A stretch of 64,000 bases of DNA, from NCBI GenBank assembly GCA_036338595.1, contig JAYZBV010000077.1:1-64000 (forward strand), written 5' to 3'. Position 1 is the first letter of the stretch; each line of letters opens with the position of its first letter. Source of the DNA: Planctomycetota bacterium. Lineage in GTDB: Bacteria > Planctomycetota > UBA8108 > UBA1146. The position numbers and the translations under genes were made by a program. This document shows positions 59,402-64,000 of this stretch, in pieces. The notes below the pieces were generated by a model. It was not told where the DNA came from and ran no database searches. It saw nothing but the letters and a program-made list of their open reading frames with translations.

Positions 59402-62187
59402 GGGGAGCCCTCTTCTTCATCCTTGTCGGCGATTCCATCGAGGCGAGATGCCGCTTCGACGGTGGTTCCGGCGAAGGCCCGCTGCCACGGGGACTTCAGC
59501 ACCGAGAGGGGCTGTTCTGTGCCCTTGAAGAGCTCGGAAACGATCGCTTCCGACAGTTCTCGTGCGAGGTCCAGGTCATCCGGACTCCACCGAGCGATCT
59601 CGATGCGGGTCTCCGCTGGAGTGGCCGGGAGCAAGCAGAAGCCACTCTCCATCTCGGAGTCGCGGGTCAAGCCATCGATCTCCAGTTGATGGGCAAATTG
59701 AAGATAGAGGGGTAACTGCAGCCTCACCCAGGACTTCATGTTCCTGGTTCCCCTGCGATGGTCCTGATCGGGGGTCTTGCCCGAGTCTCCGGTCTTGTAG
59801 TCGAGGAGTCGCCAGCGCTGAGTCTGTTCGTTGTAGTCGATGCGATCGATACGGCCCGACAGCCCCATTTCTCCGCCGGGTACCACGATGCGACATTTCT
59901 TGTGATCCAGTTTGACCTCTGCGTCGACCAGTCGCCAACCCAGAGCTCGTTGGGTCGCCTGAACGGATGCCCAGGCATCGAGGCGTGCTCTGGCCTGTTC
60001 CAGCTGGACCAGCACGGCGGCTCTGGCGGGGTCTGCGATCCGCTGCGTCCTGTATCGATCGAGCAACTGGTGCAGCGCGTCACGAATCTGGTCCTCGTCG
60101 GTCAGTTCTCGAAGGTCGACATCCTTGCCATAGTATTCGAGCACCTTGTGGATCAAGGATCCAAAATCTGCATGGTTCAGCTGGCGATCACGGTCGTGGC
60201 AATCCTGGAGTCGCAGGACCCTGTTCATCTGGAACAGTACGGGATCTTCGATGTAGTCGGAAAATGATGTGACGGCGATGGTATCTGGCGGTGGCAGCAG
60301 CACACTGCTCGGCGGGCCGAGGGAATCAGGACTGTTCGTGACCTGTTCCGGTTCGCGGAGGTGGTAGCGGTGCCTTTTCTTTCGATCCAGAAAGTTGGAC
60401 AGCCGATCGAGGCCATCCGTTCCTTGCAGCAACAATCGACTGGGAAGCAGCGGATCGCCTTCACCGCTGCGGGCGCACAGGGCGACGACGGTTTTCCTGC
60501 GGCCATCGAGTAACGAGTGGAGCAGGTGGTTATCCCTGGCACCCACCTCGCGAGGCCCAGGCAGTCCCAGTTCCTGGCGGACACCGTGAGGAAGCAGCGG
60601 ATCGCCCGATGGCGCCGGTGAAAGTTGTCCTTCGGTTGCACCGGTGAGCAATAACACATCGGAAGAATCGAAGGAGAGTTCCAGCCAACCGAGCAAGCCG
60701 ATGGATGAGTTTTGCTGTCGATCCGGTATCGGAGACTCTTCGAGCAAGTCGATGATCAAGGCGATGGCATCGCTACCAGAGAGCGGATCCTGGTCACGAT
60801 CCCCGATTCGACTCAACCTTTCCACGGCAGAGATCAACCCGTCGAGACCCGATGCTGGAAGGGCGGGTTGGGCGGCGTCGCCAGATCCCACCAGATCGAA
60901 GAAACACTGTAGAAGTTGCTGCACCCGGTCGGAACAACTCCCCGTGTCAGCACGCAAAGGCTCGATGGCCTTACCAATGAACTCGACAGCCGGTGGTGCG
61001 AGAGGATCACTGGCCAGGATCGGTTGCCTCTTCGATGACCAGCGATCGATGGATTCTATGGGAGCGAGTTCCGTGCCGTTCCTGAGTGTCAGTCCGGGCA
61101 ATCGGATATGGATGGCAGGGTGTCTGGCCAGCGCCGCCACCGAGCGTCGAGAGAAGGACTCGACAGCGCAGTGGAGGTCTGCCAGCAGTCGCCCGCAGGA
61201 GGATTCGGCATGGGGAGTTCCGGAGGCGATGTGTAGCGGGATCCCCGAGCGGCGAAATCCTTCCAGCAGCCAGGGCGAGAGTTCCTGGTCGAGCAGTCCG
61301 ATGGTGATCTCATTCTCGGCAGACTCTGAAGAGTGCTGGTGAATCTGTTGCAGTAACGCCGCAGCGAGTGACCGAGGATCGTCGGTCACGACCAATTCAG
61401 CGGGTGCAGGGCCTTCGATGGATTCCCACTCGTCGGGGATGGGGCAACCGAACTCGTCATAGCGATGTTGCAGTGCCTCATCTGCATCGATCCACGCCTG
61501 GGCCTGGCAATTCTGTTGCAACCATTGTCGCATCCGCGCCGGAATCTCGAGGATTCCTATCAGCACGATGCGCTGCTCCTGCCTCGCTGGATTCGAGTTG
61601 AACTCACCGGTGTCGGTGAGACCCAGTTCGCGCAGCCTCGCCGAACGGATCGCCTCGATCCGCTCGACGGTACGCAAACGAAGTGCGGCGTTGGGGTCGT
61701 TTCGAGCGGTCGTCTCGGCGGCTTGACCGAGCGTGATCCCTTCTCTGCGCAGGTCGGAGCAGAGGCGCGAGAGCAGCCGTGCCAGGGCCAGCAGCGCAGA
61801 CGCACCGAGAGCCGCCGATTCGAGTCCGATGGTGGCGAGCAGGTCGGGGGGGCAAGATCTGAGCGCCTGGATCCAGGCGATGCGGTCCTCGAGCGCCGTC
61901 GCAAACGGCTGGTCGGGAGCACAGAGCAGTTGTTCCAGATGACCCGGGGTCGTGATGCGAGGGGGCAGCAGCCCGCGCCCGAGGGCGTCGGCGTGTTGCA
62001 CCAGGACTCGCCTCAATCGCCTTCCCGCCTGGCGTCCAGGAACCACCACGATCAGTTCTCTGAGGTCGAAGGGGCAGCCGCTGGCGGATGGTGGTGCAGA
62101 TTCGAGAATCTTGGCGGCGGCGCACTCCAGTGCGTCATCTTCGGTTCCCAGGAAAATACGATTCAAACTGACAATCTCCTCGCCCAC
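59398..62187 (-). CDS. addB: AddB-like partner with C-terminal PD-(D/E)XK nuclease
   Basis: 4-nt overlap with addA; VVVPGRQAGRRLR, LGWLE, FGSLIHKVLE, SGRIDRID...LLDYKTG, QLPLY. Confidence 0.8.
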   Translation of the reverse strand: MGEEIVSLNRIFLGTEDDALECAAAKILESAPPSASGCPFDLRELIVVVPGRQAGRRLRRVLVQHADALGRGLLPPRITTPGHLEQLLCAPDQPFATALEDRIAWIQALRSCPPDLLATIGLESAALGASALLALARLLSRLCSDLRREGITLGQAAETTARNDPNAALRLRTVERIEAIRSARLRELGLTDTGEFNSNPARQEQRIVLIGILEIPARMRQWLQQNCQAQAWIDADEALQHRYDEFGCPIPDEWESIEGPAPAELVVTDDPRSLAAALLQQIHQHSSESAENEITIGLLDQELSPWLLEGFRRSGIPLHIASGTPHAESSCGRLLADLHCAVESFSRRSVAALARHPAIHIRLPGLTLRNGTELAPIESIDRWSSKRQPILASDPLAPPAVEFIGKAIEPLRADTGSCSDRVQQLLQCFFDLVGSGDAAQPALPASGLDGLISAVERLSRIGDRDQDPLSGSDAIALIIDLLEESPIPDRQQNSSIGLLGWLELSFDSSDVLLLTGATEGQLSPAPSGDPLLPHGVRQELGLPGPREVGARDNHLLHSLLDGRRKTVVALCARSGEGDPLLPSRLLLQGTDGLDRLSNFLDRKKRHRYHLREPEQVTNSPDSLGPPSSVLLPPPDTIAVTSFSDYIEDPVLFQMNRVLRLQDCHDRDRQLNHADFGSLIHKVLEYYGKDVDLRELTDEDQIRDALHQLLDRYRTQRIADPARAAVLVQLEQARARLDAWASVQATQRALGWRLVDAEVKLDHKKCRIVVPGGEMGLSGRIDRIDYNEQTQRWRLLDYKTGDSGKTPDQDHRRGTRNMKSWVRLQLPLYLQFAHQLEIDGLTRDSEMESGFCLLPATPAETRIEIARWSPDDLDLARELSEAIVSELFKGTEQPLSVLKSPWQRAFAGTTVEAASRLDGIADKDEEEGSP

Positions 62188-62288
62188 CGTCGATTTGGTG
62201 TCTCTGGGCCACCCTGAGGCCTGAAGAAGTCCAGGTCAACCCGGGGTGAGTCGTGGCCCGGGACGGTCCCGGCAGTTAGATTCACAAC

Positions 62289-63815
62289 ATGGATTCCCGC
62301 AATGACCGCTCCTATGGATTCGTCATCGACAATCGGCGCTGCATCGGTTGCCACGCATGCACGGTCGCCTGCAAGACGGAGCATTCGGATCCGGTCGGGG
62401 TCAACAAGACCTGGGTGCAGTATCTGGAGCAGGGAGTGCATCCTCGTGCCGAGCGCTCCTTCCATGTCCTGCGATGTAACCACTGTGAGAATGCCCCCTG
62501 TGTCGAGATCTGTCCCACTGCGAGCCTGACGGTGCGCAAGGACGCGATCGTCGATTTTGACTCGAGCCGCTGTATCGGCTGCAAGGCCTGCATGCAGGCG
62601 TGCCCCTACGATGCCATCGACATCCATCCGGAAACGGGTACGGCGACCAAGTGCAACTACTGTTCTCACCGGGTCGATGCAGGTCGGGAGCCCGCCTGCG
62701 CAGTGGTCTGTCCGACCAACGCCATCATCACCGGTGATCTGGCTGATTCAGGTAGCCGGATCGCACGTCTCGTGGCCGGGCAACCGACGATGGTCCGGAA
62801 ACCAGAGAAGGGGACCGGTCCCAAGGTGCATTACATCGAGGGGCATCGAGAGGCCCTCGATCCACTGGCGAGCCAGCGCAGCGTCCGCACCCTCTGGGGC
62901 GAGCGGCCACGCGATGCCACCGATCCTCCCGAAGGAATGGAGCCGGCACTTCAACGCGGGGCTCCCCATCGAACCTACGATATCCATCAACGGCACGCCG
63001 CCAGCTGGGGCTGGAAGGTGAGTGCCTACCTGTGGACCAAGTCGATCGCTGCGGGTGCGGTGATGGTACCGGCGATGTTGGTGCCGTTTCGAGCGCCGTC
63101 ACTCATCGATGAATCGATCGATCTCGGGTGGATCGTTGCGCTGCTCTTCCTTGCCGTCACCGGAGTGCTACTGGTCTCCGATCTCAAACGTCCGGAGCGA
63201 TTTCTCTGGGTGTTACTGCGGCCGCAGTGGTCCTCATGGCTGGTGAGAGGTGCCTACGGGATCACCTTCTTCGGGGGTGTGGTGACACTCGGTTGGTGGC
63301 ACGGAGATCCCACCGATTCGTGGCTGGGGTTGCTGCTGCTATCGCTGGGCGGTCTCGGTGGAACCTTCGTGGCGATCTATACCGGCTGGCTCTTTGGTCA
63401 GGCAAAGGGACGTGATCTGTGGCAGTCGGCATGGTCGCCGATTCACCTGGGATTCCAGGCACTGGTCGCCGGTGCTGCTGTGCTCTTGCTGATCCGTCCC
63501 GTGGCACTGAGCGACTTGCATGGTGTACTTGCCATCGCGCTTCTGATCGAACTGCCTTTCATCTTGCTCGAGGTATTCGGTAAGCACTCGACCGAGGCCG
63601 CACGTGTTGCCGCGCGCTCGATGACGCGGGGAGCGAGAGGATGGTGGCTCCTGGGTGGGGCGATCGGTGTCGGGAGAATCGTGCCACTGATTCTGCTGTG
63701 GGCAATACCGGCAGGAGAGCTGGCACATATCGTGTCTGGAGCGCTGGCACTCGTGGGCATCGCCATCTGGGAACATCTATGGGTAGAGGCGCCTCAGCGT
63801 CTCCCGTTGGCCTGA
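62289..63815 (+). CDS. Fused NrfC/PsrB-type 4Fe-4S subunit and NrfD/PsrC-type membrane anchor
   Basis: CIGCHACTVAC, CNHCENAPCVEICP, CIGCKACMQACP, KCNYC...PACAVVCP; then WGWKVSAYLW, DLKRPERF...SWLVRG, YTGWLF. Confidence 0.9.
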   Translation: MDSRNDRSYGFVIDNRRCIGCHACTVACKTEHSDPVGVNKTWVQYLEQGVHPRAERSFHVLRCNHCENAPCVEICPTASLTVRKDAIVDFDSSRCIGCKACMQACPYDAIDIHPETGTATKCNYCSHRVDAGREPACAVVCPTNAIITGDLADSGSRIARLVAGQPTMVRKPEKGTGPKVHYIEGHREALDPLASQRSVRTLWGERPRDATDPPEGMEPALQRGAPHRTYDIHQRHAASWGWKVSAYLWTKSIAAGAVMVPAMLVPFRAPSLIDESIDLGWIVALLFLAVTGVLLVSDLKRPERFLWVLLRPQWSSWLVRGAYGITFFGGVVTLGWWHGDPTDSWLGLLLLSLGGLGGTFVAIYTGWLFGQAKGRDLWQSAWSPIHLGFQALVAGAAVLLLIRPVALSDLHGVLAIALLIELPFILLEVFGKHSTEAARVAARSMTRGARGWWLLGGAIGVGRIVPLILLWAIPAGELAHIVSGALALVGIAIWEHLWVEAPQRLPLA

Positions 63816-63823
63816 GGAGCGAT

Positions 63824-64000
63824 ATGAGTTCAAAGCGGAACTGGATCGAGAAGGTTGCCGTCGAGATGGGGCTGGTGCCGAGGCAAAAGAAGTCGGTTCC
63901 GCCATCTCGCTACGGCGAGGATCTCCAGGACTACCCGCCCTTCGATCGCTGGCTCGAGGTGGAGGAACTGGATGCCTCACGGCGTTCACGTCGCATGGCG
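63824..64000 (+). CDS. 3'-truncated CDS, probably the molybdopterin oxidoreductase catalytic subunit
   Basis: GAGGAG before the ATG at 63824; open to the window end (MSSKRNWIEK...LQDYPPFDRWLEVEELDA). Product inferred mainly from its position after the NrfCD fusion. Confidence 0.55.
   Translation, partial: MSSKRNWIEKVAVEMGLVPRQKKSVPPSRYGEDLQDYPPFDRWLEVEELDASRRSRRMA

Noticed and set aside
1..64000. Apparent abundance of GATC/TCGA/CGATCG words as a methylation-linked motif
   Set aside because: Not quantifiable by eye and plausibly explained by ATC-GAT/GAG codon pairs; needs a codon-aware k-mer test.
1..64000. Mobile elements, prophage or defence systems
   Set aside because: No integrase, transposase, phage structural or recognisable defence genes; the helicase-nuclease pair fits housekeeping AddAB repair.

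Overview
GC-rich bacterial chromosome segment, most likely from a Planctomycetota genome. That assignment is inferred from five proteins with a C-terminal dockerin-like module and a stand-alone EF-G of the spirochaete/planctomycete/deltaproteobacterial type. Housekeeping genes present: ispG, fusA, mraY, ileS, pdxS/pdxT, AddAB-like helicase-nuclease pair, a FabF-like ketoacyl synthase and a YciH/SUI1 factor. I found no rRNA, tRNA, CRISPR array or mobile element. Four things stand out. (1) A 12.4-kb translationally coupled operon (41669-54083) of eight secreted amidohydrolase-fold paralogues (nine domains), of which only one keeps the complete metal-binding residues. This suggests a hetero-oligomer of one enzyme plus many pseudo-enzymes. 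(2) Three thioredoxin-fold genes split by an in-frame TGA at the first Cys position of a CxxC motif (UxxC), each followed by a stem-loop. These are probable selenoproteins that the ORF track breaks in two. (3) A local iron module (feoB, Cys-rich micro-protein, inverted feoA, DtxR-family regulator, ferritin-like protein) with an identical palindromic 16-mer in both promoter regions and a selenoprotein gene embedded in it. (4) A YciH/SUI1 gene whose conserved N-terminus is cut off by a single in-frame TAG. All product calls come from motif recognition by eye; no database searches were run.
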